A stretch of 64,000 nucleotides of DNA. It comes from Podospora anserina (lineage: Eukaryota). The translations under genes and the position numbers were made by a program. The notes under the pieces were generated by a model that did no database searches, was not told the DNA's origin, and was given only the letters and a program-made list of their open reading frames with translations. Shown here piece by piece: positions 50,046-63,866 of the stretch (position 1 is its first letter; the number at the start of each line of letters is the position of its first letter). Where the stretch lies: assembly GCA_017654855.1 (NCBI GenBank), contig CM030338.1:2294001-2358000 (forward strand), read 5' to 3'.

Positions 50046-52901
50046 AAAGAGGGGATAACAAACTTCAATCCCTAGATCTTGAGATCAGACACACACAAAG
50101 AATATGGGGTGATGGAAGATGCAAGCGAAAATGGGCCGAGATGGAAATGGATCCCTTGACCTGCAAGAGGCGTATAGCTGCAGATGGGGAATATGCAGAT
50201 GTAGTGGATGTCTGTCTGTTCGTTCTACTCTACATTGGACAGATACCTTACCTTAACCGCCCGCCGGCTCCTCTGGGGGACAGGCAGCAAAACGTCAAAG
50301 TGTGAAACGCGCTTATGCAGTCGGTTTGGGAGGAGGGAGATATCCTTCGGACTTTCTACTACAGTGATAGCTATCAAGCAGTATTTTGTTTGCCGGCTTG
50401 TACATGTCACCTGGATGTCAACGAGGCTCGAGAGCCATGCGAGCACACAGACTCGAGGGAGCAACGATGGGCCCAGGGATGATGGAATCGTCAAGGAAAA
50501 AATCCAACGGTCGGTCGCAGAAGAGGCAAAGGAAGAGACGCTGATGAGTTGGCTCGATCCAAGGTGTGATTCAGGGTGTGATCGGGACACGGATGGAATT
50601 CCTTCGGGGATATAAATGGATATTTTCCTTATAGGGTTTTGCAGGCACAGGGATCACACGGTTCGCTTCTTCTGCTTCTTCAGGTTCCCAATCCTCGTTT
50701 TGTTCCGGCTCTTGAACCCGTAGAGCAGATATGGTAACGCGTGGTGGGGAATGGTGGAGGAGGGGTTCAGCTGGTGTGGACTGGACGTCGAAATAAAATA
50801 AATAAATTCCTGTGAATTGGCCGTGAATGTGTGAAGCGGTGGTGCGAGCTGGGCTTTGCCGGGATCTTAATTACCGCCGGTATAGTCCGGGTTAGTGCCC
50901 TGTTTGAAGTTGAGTCACGCCTTGGGAAGCCATCACTATTAGTGCCAGCTACCCAGTTTTGAGAAGGATACACTATCTCTGGCACCCTCGGCTCGGTACA
51001 TACATTCCACAAGAGATCTAGTAAATATCTGATAGTCCCGAAAATTTGCTGGGCCGGATCGCGAGAGAAGGAGATGGTTCACGATCTGGTGGATCGGCCC
51101 CATCGTATGTGCATCATGTTTGCTAACGCTGGACTTGCCGATGCGATGCCGATATCTGGTGGATCCAGATGACACTTCCTTGACTGTATGTATCGAAACG
51201 AGCTACGAACTTGGTCGATACGGAGGCATGAGCTGGCCAATGATGTCATTTGCTACCATTCAACGTCCACCATTCGAGACAAGTACGAACTGATTCAAAT
51301 GCCGGCGTCGAGATGGCGTGAAGCTGGTGCGGTCCGCAGAGTTGGGACCACGGAGAAAGATGGTGAGCAGATGGTGCCAGAGACGGCGAGAGGGTGCCGT
51401 TGAATGGTATGAAGTCGCTGCTGTCCTGGCCTGTCGTTGGTACGTCAGGGCAGTTGGGTTGAGGTTGATAGATCTGGCCCTCGACCTCGTTCCATGTCGG
51501 AAGCACTGCGACTCGAGATCCGACCGAGGGCTGCGATTGGTTGAGGGGCAAGATATGCGCGGCCGAAACGCGTAGGTTCGCGTCCAGCCGTTTGCACTTT
51601 GATAAACAAAAGCGCGACGGCGCCGTCTCCCGTTGGACGGTTGGGACGGTTAGAGAATAACTGCCAAACGTGCTCGACCTCTCTCAATCAACTGGCTTCA
51701 ACTGCCTCTCGACTGGCTCGCCGGCCCATCCGCCTTGCACGGCAGGCAGACTGAAGCAGAGGCAGAGGAAAGCTGCGTCTGCCGTGCACATCGCCCATCT
51801 GCTCGGCCCAGTTCACTCAAGCACCGGGCGGCCAGGCCGGTCCCCAGTCCAATCCCCTCCCCCGCGCCCTAGGGATCGTGCATCCCTCTGCACAGCCCAC
51901 TTTTTGCCCGTTCTAGTGAATTCACGAGAGGACTTCACGGGAGGGTTTTCTCCCTGCTCCTGTACTGTACTGTGCTCAGATATCTTTCCCACTCTTCATC
52001 CCGAAACGAAAAGAAGCGACAAAGAACACAGACAGGATACCTTACACTACATGGTAATAACTGTATACCTATTCCTGACGACATCGCCGAGAGCAGCATC
52101 TGCACATCTGGACCTGGGACCAGCTCAAGGCTTGAACCACCACTTACATAGACGACGACTTTCCTGCTCTGCCGCACCCCTGCACCCGAAGACGACTAGC
52201 CCCCCTCCCTGTCCGAGGTCAGCCCGCGTCTTCCCACTCGTCCACTCCGTTGGCCTGTTCTCCGCTCCCTGCCTGCTCGCTGCCCCACCCCACGGCCTTC
52301 TTGGATTCTTGGAACAAAGTGTAGTGAGCTGGCAGACGGGCTCTCTTTCTCACACGCCCCCCTCCCCAGCCAGACAGAGAGCACATCCTTCTAGTACCCT
52401 ACACTACCCTACTACCCGCCCGCGTCAAGCACCACCAACCTTACCTCCCTCGACTCCTCTCTTCCCTCCCACTTCCCCTCCCTCGACTCAACCTGACATC
52501 CGTATCGTGAAGAAGCAACGATAACCCCGCGACACCAAGATCGGTAACAATCATCGGTCTTCAGTCCTCTCACTCACTGTGCTGTGTCGCTCACTGTCGC
52601 CAAGCGCCCACCCTCATCCATTACACGAGAAGGACGACGACCATCCCTTGCCTCACCGCCCCCCACAATTCCATCAAACCAGATCCGCACCACAGGTGGA
52701 GGTAAGAAAAGAGCTTTAACAGTCTTTGATCCTTTCCCTCACTGTCGTCACACCATCTTCTTATCCGATCGCTGTCGACGACCGACTCCTTGCCCGGCCG
52801 AGCGCGTCCCGTCTCATCTCATCGACACATCAGCGACTGACCAACAGCTCAAGGGCACCATCGATATAACCACATCGCTCCACTCCACAGCTCGGCCTGA
52901 C

Positions 52902-55235
52902 ATGGCCAAGCCACCGCGTTTTCAGGCCTCTCAAGCCGGCTTCCCCATCTACGAGGACTTCAACTTCGACCAGACAGCTCCCATCATCAGCAACGCGCCC
53001 ATGCCTCCAGCACCGAAGCCGGCCCGACAGCCTCTCCAGAGCGCCGATGCCAATGTCGTACTGAACCCGCCCACATCTAGCTTTGTCAAGCAATCACCAC
53101 TGAAGCCAAGTGCTCCGCCATCCAATATGCCGCTCACCCCGATGAAGTCGTCTCGAAGCAGCAAGCTCAGCATGGTTCAGATGATGCCGCCAAGCAACTT
53201 TCAGCAGCAAGGGACCGACTCGCCCGAGAAGAGACAACCTGTAATGTCGAGGTTCAAGACGGTCGCCCAAAAACCTCAGCAGTCCGACTTCAACATTCAG
53301 CAGTTCATGGGCAAGGAAAACTCACATCCCATGATTTTCCCCGCGCCACCCCAGCCACAACAGTTCAACCTACCTCTGGAGCATTATTACCAAAAACCGT
53401 CAGGAAAGCGATTGTTGGAGGCTGCACCGATCAAGGAACTGAGGCCCGCCAAGAAGCAAAGGGTGGACGACGCGCTGCCACCGCACGACTCATTCCCGCA
53501 GATTATCGACGATGGATCAAAGCCAGGACACAGCTATGCGACTTTGATTGGGATGGCCATTCTCCGCTCACCACAGCGACGATTGACACTGGCTCAGATC
53601 TACAAGTGGATTTCTGACACATATTCCTTCTACAATGCCAACGATGCGGGGTGGCAGAACAGCATCCGTCATAACCTGTCTCTCAACAAGCACTTCATCA
53701 AGCAGGAACGACCCAAGGATGATCCGGGCAAGGGCAACTATTGGGCAATTGAACCGGGCGCAGAACACTTGTTCATGAAGGAAAAGCCCTCGAGGAAAGC
53801 GGCCGCCCCATCAGCTGAGAATATGCCGGTCATGTCGACGCGTCTCGAGCCCTCTCAACCACAAATGCCTCAATTTCACGAACCGATTTTGCCGCCTCAG
53901 CTTCCCATCGCACCCAACTCTCTGCCGCAATTACCGCCAATGCCATCATCGCAACAGCTAGCTCCTGCAAGCCACTTGCCGGAACTCTCATCCGACGCCA
54001 CCATTCCAGCTTCCGATCTGGTCACCGTCGATGACGGGCATGACAGGCTTGGGGAGAATGACCTTCACGACAACAACCTGTACTCTCCTCTGCCTGCGGC
54101 CATGCACTCCTCGCCTCCCGTTCCCAAACGTGTGGAATCGAGACACAGTGACACCCCCCCACCTCAGAGGCGGGGACATGGTTCGTCGGTCAGCAAGTCG
54201 CGTACTCGGCGTTCGTTCATGGATGATAGCGGGTACATTTCCTCCCTCGAGTCGTCAGCAATGCGTCCTGGCCGGGACCACTCCAAGCTACTCACCTCTG
54301 AGGCTGATCGTCCGCGTCTTCGTAGAGGCCTGGCCGAGGAAGAGATTGTCCGTCTCCGCGCCTCATCTTACGACAGCCCCTCAAAGGGCCGCTCTCAGGG
54401 CTACGTTCCGCCTTCCTCGTCACCTCTGCGGCAGCCAGTTCATAGCAACGCTGGGCAGATGCTTCCGCCGTTGACCCCTGCCATGAAGCTCAAGGCGCCC
54501 CCCAAGCCACCAGCGTCAGTCTCGCCTAGCACCAACTTGCGCCTTCACCGAGAAAGCATCCAGTCCATGGTGGACGGGGACTCGCCCTACAAGCGCGTCG
54601 CGGCTATGTGTCCCGAAGTGCAGCTCACCCCCGGCTATCTCATGGATGATTTGTTCGCCAACTTCGAGCATACCAAGGACGACGAATTTCCAGAGTTCGA
54701 CATCTTCAACGAGACGTACACTTCGCTCTATGCTCTGTCTCCTGCCGGAATCGCGCCCACCGGCTCGCCTGTGAAGCGCTCTGTGAGGAAGCAGAGACTG
54801 GAACGCTCGCATTCCACGGGCGCGTTGAGCGACCTGGCCGCTCCCTTGTCCAACAATTCTGCGAGCTCGGCGTCTTTCCTCAAGGTTCCTGCTCAGCCGA
54901 ACAATCTGATGCTGGAGACACCGAGCAAGGTCTTTGATGGCCTTCTTTCATCGCCAAGCAAGCTTTTCCACGACCTGCAATCGCCATCCAAAATGCCAGC
55001 GGCGCTCAACGGTGAGAATCTGGCCCCCTGGCTCTCCATGGATGACCTCTACGCGCCTGATGTCCTCGGAGAGGAGAGTAACGATTTCCAACCGATTGAC
55101 ATGCTCGCTGGGTTCGAGAAGATTGGCTCAAGCAGCTCGCAAGCATCGCGCAACAACAACAACAACAACAACAATAACAATAATCGGCCCTCTCAAAAAT
55201 CGAGCCTCACCCGCTCGTACACTACCAAGTTTTGA
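52902..55235 (+). CDS. Forkhead transcription factor (Sep1/Hcm1-like)
   Basis: KPGHSYATLIGMAILRSPQRRLTLAQIYKWISDTYSFY...WQNSIRHNLSLNKHFIKQERPKDDPGKGNYW. The first ATG of the ORF is at 52902; a poly-Asn (AAC)n tract lies near the C-terminus. Confidence 0.93.
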   Translation: MAKPPRFQASQAGFPIYEDFNFDQTAPIISNAPMPPAPKPARQPLQSADANVVLNPPTSSFVKQSPLKPSAPPSNMPLTPMKSSRSSKLSMVQMMPPSNFQQQGTDSPEKRQPVMSRFKTVAQKPQQSDFNIQQFMGKENSHPMIFPAPPQPQQFNLPLEHYYQKPSGKRLLEAAPIKELRPAKKQRVDDALPPHDSFPQIIDDGSKPGHSYATLIGMAILRSPQRRLTLAQIYKWISDTYSFYNANDAGWQNSIRHNLSLNKHFIKQERPKDDPGKGNYWAIEPGAEHLFMKEKPSRKAAAPSAENMPVMSTRLEPSQPQMPQFHEPILPPQLPIAPNSLPQLPPMPSSQQLAPASHLPELSSDATIPASDLVTVDDGHDRLGENDLHDNNLYSPLPAAMHSSPPVPKRVESRHSDTPPPQRRGHGSSVSKSRTRRSFMDDSGYISSLESSAMRPGRDHSKLLTSEADRPRLRRGLAEEEIVRLRASSYDSPSKGRSQGYVPPSSSPLRQPVHSNAGQMLPPLTPAMKLKAPPKPPASVSPSTNLRLHRESIQSMVDGDSPYKRVAAMCPEVQLTPGYLMDDLFANFEHTKDDEFPEFDIFNETYTSLYALSPAGIAPTGSPVKRSVRKQRLERSHSTGALSDLAAPLSNNSASSASFLKVPAQPNNLMLETPSKVFDGLLSSPSKLFHDLQSPSKMPAALNGENLAPWLSMDDLYAPDVLGEESNDFQPIDMLAGFEKIGSSSSQASRNNNNNNNNNNNRPSQKSSLTRSYTTKF

Positions 55236-58200
55236 GGGGTCCATGAATCCATGAGTTTATAGGGCCCGTGGTTTGTGTTCCCTTGCCATTCTCGCATATC
55301 ACTTTGTAAGACTGGGAAGGAAAGCACAAGATGACGACAGTTACGACTGATGACATATTACACTCACATATGTGGCGGCGGAGGGGGGGCTCGCACACAC
55401 ACACAACACAAGTATTGGTTTGCATTATATGGGGTTAAAAAGGGGCTGGCGCGCTTCCAGCCTCACGGCTGCTTCTTCTTCCAGATGTGGATGATCTTTT
55501 GGGGCGGCTTGGGGGGGTGGGGGGGAATACTTTACTTGTCGTGGGATTATCTTGTCGTAATCACGAATACTTAATGAAGGGATGGGTTCTTTGTTTTTCA
55601 ATAGGGGGGTTGGGTAAACCGGAGTATATAGGGGGGTACCACACACACAACATACACAACAACAGCAAGGGAAGGGTCAAACGGGACAACAACAGCATAT
55701 TCTGGACTTGGGAAGCGTGTTTAGCTTTGGGAGCGAGCTTTGTTTTTGTGGCTTTTCTTCTTTTCTCATCCTGGCTTTTCGCTGTTCTGCGGGAGGATTT
55801 TTTTTCAGTGAGGTTTTGATATCTCTTCTGGATTTTTCGGTTCTTTCTTTTCACCGGCGGCCTGGATTGCGTTGTGTCTTTTTTTTGGGGGGGGATATAT
55901 GGGTTGGGACTGGGTTGGTTGGGGCGGGGATTGTATTTGGAGATCCATTATAACATGTATGGATTGGGCTTCTGTGTGTGGTCGTGGTTGGATCTGGGAG
56001 CTCATTTCTGTGTTGGGTTATATCGATCTGTGTAGGGGGATATCTTTGTTTGGATTTCCTTTACAGGATCTGTGGGAATACCTGGGTTGGGAATTTTTAT
56101 TTTCTGTTGAGAATCATCAATCTGATTTTGCGCTTTGCGGATTTGTTGTTCTCTTCTGTGGACATTATTGACTTTTGGCTTTGACATATGTACAGGTGAA
56201 TGTGTATAAAATGATGTGATGTGTAGGTGGGGGTTCACGTGTGTGAAAAGAATTAAGGCTTGACTTTGACTCTGCCCTGTTCAAGATGCTTTTGGAACGT
56301 GATGTTTATATCAGGACCAAACTGAGACTATTTCCCAGACTAAGAACCAGGTTCAATAGGTCTTCACTCCAAACCTGAAAAATTACACTTGAACAGCTCT
56401 AACGCAAGAACGACCATCCTATCTACATCTCAAAAACATATCCCCGTGTGAGAGCAAGCACCAGAAATGTCCTAGCATACACCTCCCACTTTGATACGAA
56501 AAGAGGCAAAGAAAGCCCAGAGTCCACTTCACACCTCAAAATCCAAGCAATCTACCCCAAAGGGCAAACGCCAGGGAAATAGCCACTGCATCTCTGATCT
56601 TGTCTTTTCTTCTTTCATCCCCAAACAGGCCTAAGCTCTTCTTTTCATAGTATCAAACCCTCCCCAGACTCAGTCTCCCCCTCCTGTATATTTCTAGACC
56701 AACAACAAGCAACCTCAACAACTTCCACTCAAAAAGGAGAACAAAACAATCGACATCCATCAATCCCTAGAAAATACCAAATCCAGTTCTCTAACCACGT
56801 ATTGTGCGTACCATAGCCATCTCGCTTACTGGTTCATTGGTTTACATTTGGTTTATCTGTGTATATAGCAAAAGCAAAGTCTCGCAAAGAGAAACAATCT
56901 CCCCTCCCCTCAAAATCTACCACCCCCAATCCCCCCAACTCCACTCCATCATTAACCCACTCATAAAGCAACACCGCCCTCTCAAATCAGTCTATATCCT
57001 ACAAACAACACCATCCTCTTCAAACAGTCTATATCTTACAAAACACTTCCTCATCCCCCCCTCCCATTATCTGTACACAACAACAGCCTATCTTATCAAC
57101 ACACTCACTGTCAACACACACTCCCTCCCTCTCTTTCTACCTCTCTCTCAAACGCGGCAAAATCATATATGTATAAGGGAAAACCAGGGGAAAACACCAC
57201 AACAAAAACTGTGTTGTACAACCTACCGCAAAAGGGCAAAGTTGACATAAACGAGTGTGTGGTTGGTGGCCAAGAGCAAAGCAAGCAAGGAATGTAAAGC
57301 TGTTGCAGTGGTGCTGGGGAAAATTCATTCTTGGCTGTACAAAAGCAAGGTAGGGTAGGGTGGGTAGGTGGGAATGGTGTGTGATGATGGCTATCATCGT
57401 GCGGTTTACAGGAAAGAAAGAAAGAGGAAGAGGCGCAATCAATGGCAAAGGGCACAAGGAAAAATAAACAACCAATGGGTAATTAAGAAGGGCAAGCCAG
57501 TTAGAGGTAGTAGCAGATGTGATGATAAGTCAAAGTCGGTGGGAATACAAGGTAGATAGGTATTGTAGATAAGGTAAAGGGGTAATATGTGCCCAGCGAA
57601 AAAAACAAAACAAAAAGATACCGCGTGGTATAAGGTAAGGATAAGTAGGTAGGTAGGTAAAAATGTGTAGCAGGTAAACCACCACCACCACCACCACCAA
57701 CCCAGCATCCATAGAACACCATACCACCCACCCCAACCAACCATCAAAACCACCCATCCCCCTTCCTCCTCCTCCAAATCTTCCACCCCAAAAATAAAAC
57801 CCCTTGTTGTTACCCCTTAGATCCCATCCCATCCCATCCCAATATTTTATGTATTGCCGTTCGCCCAAGTAACCCATAGCTCCTCCTTCGCTATAACTCC
57901 CTTTTCGCCTCAACAACAAAAAAGTACAATTCGCGCCATTATTTATTTTGTTGATGTTCGTGTTGTTGTTGTTGTATTTATCAACGAGAAAACCCCCTTT
58001 GTGGTAAAGACAAGAAAAAGAGATGGGAGGAAAATTACACAAACCACATCGCCATAAACAAGACCACCACCCCTGCCACAGCAACAACAACAAGTTCAAC
58101 GCATGATTTTAAACACAGAAAAAGGAGTGTAAATAAACTTTGGTTTCAAAAACGCATAAAAAGCAAATAAACTCCACGCTTTCAAACACAAGACAAATGA

Positions 58201-59078
58201 AATCAAAAACATCTCATCAACCCATCCATGTAAGCTGTCAGTGTGTGTGTTCGTACGATATGTCCCGGTTCGGTTGTCCCCGATATTTGTTTTCCCCTCA
58301 ACGACCATGAGGGGAAAGGTTTTAAATAGCAAAGAAAGAAAAATAAAAACACATCTGAAAGAGAGAAAAAAAACCACAGCAAAGTAATAACAAAAATCAT
58401 TTGGAAGCTAACCAGCCATCAACGACACCCAGCCACTCTGACAAACATCAGGTGTTGGGTGTTACTACTATGGCCCCTCCAAATGAGAAAAGCAAGCCCT
58501 AGCCCCATAACCCATAACCACAAGCCCACGACACAAAAGTCGGCGTCGCATCCCACTTCCCATTCCGAAACCTAGGTACGTAAAGTACGAGGAAAGCAAA
58601 AGAAAAAGAAAAACGTCATGTTGGGTATCCTTTTGTCCATGTCTATTCCCTGTAAATGTGTTGTTTGTGTGTTTCGGGAAGACTGACCGTAATTGCCGTA
58701 TAAAGGTGGTGAGTGTATGCGGTATGCTCGGGTATGGAACGATGAAAAGAAAGCCCCCATTCGCCAATAGATCAAAAGGCAGAGATGAAACCCATTTGAG
58801 TAGATGGAACCCGTGGTGGCAATCCAAGGCGCGCTTTCCAGATATACAGAACCAAAACATGTTTTGGTGAAGAATTAAGAGTGCGGAGTAATCGAGGCGC
58901 CCGAGGTGTGCAATGTAATGAGTAAAGTGCCTGTCCATGTGGGTAAAGGACCAAAATCTCAACGGAAAAGCGTAGGGCCTAAAAGGGCCGAAGATTAAAT
59001 CGCAATATCGGTGAAAGGAAGGCAAGGCGAAGAGAAGCTTGGGGATAGACATGGCACTATGCCACCGGTAGAGAAAAG

Positions 59079-61972
59079 TTAGACCTCGTCGGCCTGGTCC
59101 TGAATGTTGACCGTCGCGTCTGTCGTGGCAGGTTTGGCATCCGTCTGACCAATCGTCTCCTCGACGGCACTCTCGCTAGTGCTTGGCGGACTGCTTGAAG
59201 GGCTGTTCGGGCCCATCGTGAGGTTTGGAGTCGGCACCGCCGAGCTCACGTCGACGTGAAGGCCAGGAGAAGTCGGGGCCGTCGACGAAGGTGTGTAGCT
59301 GGTGATGGCGTTGTGCAAGCGATCAACTCCGGCAATTTGCTTGCCCGTGCACATCTTCTTGATGGATGCAAGAAGCGGTCTCACCTCATTGACCAGGACA
59401 TCCCTATCCTGGCCTTGCAGCTCACTGAGGAGGGTTTCTAACTGGGGTTAGCTTTCTGAGTATCACAAGATATTCCGAGGGACTTACGGAGGACGTAGTT
59501 GCCGAACTGGTCCTTGGTCAAGGATACCAAGAAAGAGTTGCCATCATCTCCTCGAGACATGAAGCGGTCCCTGATGTCGCGCTGTTGGTCAGCCGTACCA
59601 TGCTTGATGCACTTCTCCACGACGTTGGAGGCGAACTTGTGCTTGGAGAAGATGGGCAGCTGAGACATGACGAGGGCAACCATCTTGGAACGGTCATCGG
59701 GAGAGCCATCCGTGATGACATGCTGCGTCACATAGTTGCCGTACTGGTCCATGATCAGCATCTGGGCGCAGCTGTGCAGCTCCTTCATGATGGACTGCTT
59801 GTCTGCCTCGTTTCCATGCTCAAGAGCACGCTGGATCACACGGCACCCATACGCATGCGACGACAGCTCGCTGACACGTCCCCTGAAGCAATCGAAAATG
59901 AAACCAATGTGTTGCCGAGGCACTGTCTGAATGATCTTCTGGACGACGTGGTTTCCGTTCTGGTCCTTCACGATTGTGAGAATCTCGGGCTCGAGTTCCT
60001 TGACCAACTCAGCCTGTTGCTCAACGAGCACGTGCGAAAGAGCCTATTGCTAGTCAGCGCATGAAAACAAAACAAGAAAGCAGAGAAGCTCACCTTCTGA
60101 ACAACTCGGCAGGCGTACATCTGCATCGAGAGTTCAACAACCTTGCCCTTCATGGCCGCAGCAAGCACTTGTTTCTGAGCTTGATTCCCATGCTCAAAGA
60201 ACTTTTGGATGACATAGTTGCCAAACAGATCCTTCATCAGCACGATGGCATTGGGCTCAATCTCATGGAAGACCTGATTCTTGTCATCACTGTTGGCCGT
60301 CTCAAGCTTGTTCTGGATGAAGCGAGAGCCGTGCTGGTCACCACTGAACTCCACAATGAAGCCATAGATGTCCTTGAGCTCGAATCGCTTGCTGGACTTG
60401 TTCCCAGTCTTGAACTCCTCCAGCTTCAAGCTCCGCACTCCCCTGGCCGGGTCCCGGTCACTGCTTGGGCGAACCGGCGGCACGCCGTTGTGAGCAAATG
60501 GATACTGTGGAAGTGGGTATCCCGGAAACTGCATTGGCTGTCTGCCATAGACAGCGTCATAGGGGCCTGGTGCGTACTGTGGGAAGTTGTAATACCCATT
60601 CTGGTAGTAGGGTGACTGCGGTGGGAAATGGGACAAGCTGCGCCGGTCCGCTTCAGGCCCCGATCGAAGGTCGCGTGACACCGGTCTTGACCATGAATCG
60701 ATGGCGGGTGTGAAGCTTCGTGGGCTGTTCAACCCCACGCCAGTCGCACCAGCACGGTACGTGCTACCGGCAGGCGAGCTGCGATCAACTCCAGAGCCCC
60801 GCCTGTCCAGGGAGATGCTGTTGGAGTAGCTATCCCGCGAGTGTCCAGCCTGGTACCCTTGACCATGATCCCAAGGCTGGGAGCCTGGATTAAGCTGGAA
60901 ATCCTGCGAGCCGTTACCGAATGACTGCAGATTTCCCAAAGCGTTGGAGCCTCCATTGAGACCAGAACCAATGGCCATGCGTCCCAACCGCTCTGGGAGA
61001 TCATCATCGGGAATTTGCTGCCCCATGTTGTTGTGGTCGTAACTTCTTGGGTTCTGGCCATGGAAGGACCCGGTTGGCCCGTTCAAAGAGGGACGTTGGG
61101 AGTGAATCGAAGTGTGAGGTGTGCCGAAGGGATAGTCGGCATACGGGGCCCCCTGGCCGTGCAAATCATTGTCTGACTGGCCAGAAGTGGAAAGGTGATC
61201 CCGCGAGTGCCCATTTCCCAAGAAAGACTGGTCTTGCATAGATCGGGAAGCTGGGTACCTGCCGACAGTCTGTTCAGGTTCGCCATTCAGGTTGCTGAAA
61301 GAGTTGTCCTTGTCATCAGTGAAGTCAGCATACTGCGACGTATACTTGGGAAAGCCATTCTTGGCATCCTTTGAGCCACCCAAGGCACGTTGTGTCATTG
61401 TCTGTGACCCCGAATAATAAGGCATGCTGCCTGACATGTCATGAAGCTGAACCTCTGAGCGTGTTCGGTTCGGAGATGTCTGACCGGACACGTTGCGGTT
61501 CTGGGAGTTATCGTTTGAGTTCCAAGGGCCTCCGGGCCTGCCCCATGGATCGATTTCCGATGTGGATGCCAGCGCACCGGACCCCGAGGGGGTAACAAAT
61601 CCGTCGTTAGAATCTCCACCGCATGTTAGTTAAGCCTTCTCACGGAGCGCCTGATTGGAAAAGCATACCTCTGGCGCCCACAGCCTCCCTGCTCTTCACA
61701 AAGCTGTTGCCAATGGTGTTGGTGTTGGACCAGATGCTGGTGCCGCTTCCCCAGGTATTTGGCGCCGGGAATGTGTTTGTGATGGGCTGGGAGCTCTTCT
61801 CAATACCGTTTGCGCCGTTGCCTGTGGAGCTTGGGGCAAGGTTGGGGAACCTGCTTGGTCGAGTCTAAAAGATCAGTCAGAACGTCAGTACCAGATTCGG
61901 GCAGCCATATCCTTCAAAGGCAGGAGCGAATGCGTCTCTCGTATATGGGAAGCAACTTACCGTGCCTGCCAT
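59079..61972 (-). CDS. PUF3: Pumilio/Puf3-type RNA-binding protein; five exons
   Basis: PUF repeats: [80 protein letters not shown] and [12 protein letters not shown] at 61972 (MAGT|). Confidence 0.92.
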
Positions 61973-63824
61973 GGTTGTGCCGTTGGTGGATCGCTGTGTG
62001 CTAGAAGACGTCATTGCAACCTCGGGGTAAGAGAGGTGGAGATGGCTTTTATGGATTCGCAGAAGAGCCGTATTCCCAGTGAATACAGGATCCGCCCGTG
62101 ATAAGGGAAGCTTGACGGTCGTGGAACCGTCGTGGTGGCTGCGGGGAAGTCGGCGCCTTTATACGGGACGCAAACGAGAGTGGAAGCCTGCCCACACAGG
62201 TCCGTGGCACTCGAGCGATTGGGGGTCCGAAAGGATAGTGGGCTGTTGCCGATAGCCTCGAATGCAGTAGAAGTGATGCAGCAGCAGAGGATGCCGAGAG
62301 AACAGCGCAAAAGGCTATGTGTGCCGTCTATAGATCATGGATATACACCGTGGGTATCTCGATAAGAAAGTCGCAGTAGACACCAGAGAGGTTGAGCTTC
62401 AGAGGCAGGAGCGTCAGTCAGTCAGTCAGTCAGTCAGCCAGCCAGCGCAAGAGGCATCAGAAGTGGGAAGCAGTTGGAAAAAAGGGCAAGTGGGGGCAGG
62501 GTCGGAGAAGTTGTAAGGCTGATGATGATGGGTTACCACACACACAGCCCACTCGCACCCACCCAAGCAAGCACGGCAAAGCTTCAGGTAATTGTATAAT
62601 TGTCCACCTGAAGCCGGAGCCGAGAGGCCAAGGGAACGGCGAGGACAAAAGGTAAAGAACAGGAGAACCTGAGCTGGCGGCGAATTGTACTGTGTTGCAG
62701 ACGGGTGTGCAACATGCAAGCACTTACCGCACGTTATTAATTGGCTTCTCTAGCCCGCCGACACACGTCCTCTCTCCCTCACAAGCTCTCTCGGGTTGCG
62801 CGGGGACGGGGGCAGCCTGTGCTGTCGTTTATGCACCGGATTCCGGCGGCCAGCGAATAGGTGCTGTTGCGGCCGTCGTCGGTCATATGTGTGTGTACGG
62901 AAGACGGGACGGTGGGTGGGCGGTCGCTCGCTCGCTCGAAACTATCTGATTGTCTTGGTATCCGGAGCTGTGGGTGGGTAGGTAGGTAGTTAAAGCTACC
63001 GTAGGTATTTGGGAGGAGGAGGAATGGCCAGGTTAGGTTAGGTTAGGCTAGGCAAGGTAAAGCAGGTCGGCAGGACGAGGCAGAGGGTGAGGCGAGTTTG
63101 CGTGTTTGCGAGTGTACGGGGGAAGAGTCGAGGAGGCTGCTCTGCTAAGAAGTAGTAAAGTGAATGGCGGTGTTTTGGACTTGTGTGGTCGAAGAATGGA
63201 TGCGATGGTGCTCGGTGGAATGTAGCCAGACCCAGGGATGGCTCTGGTGCGGAGGATGGGCGAGCCACGGGCAGAAGCCAAAAGCGGGTCGGGGAGGGGC
63301 CCTGCTTTTGCTGCTTGGTGCCAGGTGCTGGGTGCTGGGTGGGTGTGGGTTGATCTGGGATGAGATGGAGATGGGGATTCGCGACGGGGGTTGGAGGGAT
63401 TGGCCTTGATGCGCGGCGTTGAGACGAAAGGAGAACGGTCGGACAGGGCTCCAGTGCAGGGCTTGCAGGGCAGTTTTGGCGGTTTTGCGGGTGTTGCGCA
63501 GGAGAAGCTCCCAGCTACGACAAGGGAGGAGTGGGGAACGCTAAGATCTTAGCGGAGTCGAGTCAACCCTGTGGCTCCTTTTTTTAGGGCGCTACCGACC
63601 ACCCGACGGCAGGGGAGGGGTCCAGTCTTTTTTTTGTTTTTTTTGACGTCGCTCGTTGCTCCTGTTGCTCTCTGTTGCTGCAGGTCACGATGCACGCGAT
63701 CAACTTCAGACGGTCATTATTTTATGGTGGTCTATTGGGGGTTGGGTGTGATATGCCAGCTGCTTCGTGTAGATAGAGATGGGAGCGTCAATCTACCTAT
63801 CTTATCAGGTAGGTCAAAGAGAGC

Positions 63825-63866
63825 TATCCATATCCATATCGATATCCATATCCATATCCATATCCA
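63825..63866. repeat. (TATCCA)~7 hexanucleotide repeat with one variant unit
   Basis: Read directly from the sequence. Confidence 0.85.

Noticed and set aside
51670-52524. 284-aa ORF upstream of the forkhead gene
   Set aside because: Non-ATG start in C-rich leader/promoter sequence; Pro/Ser-rich with no domain.
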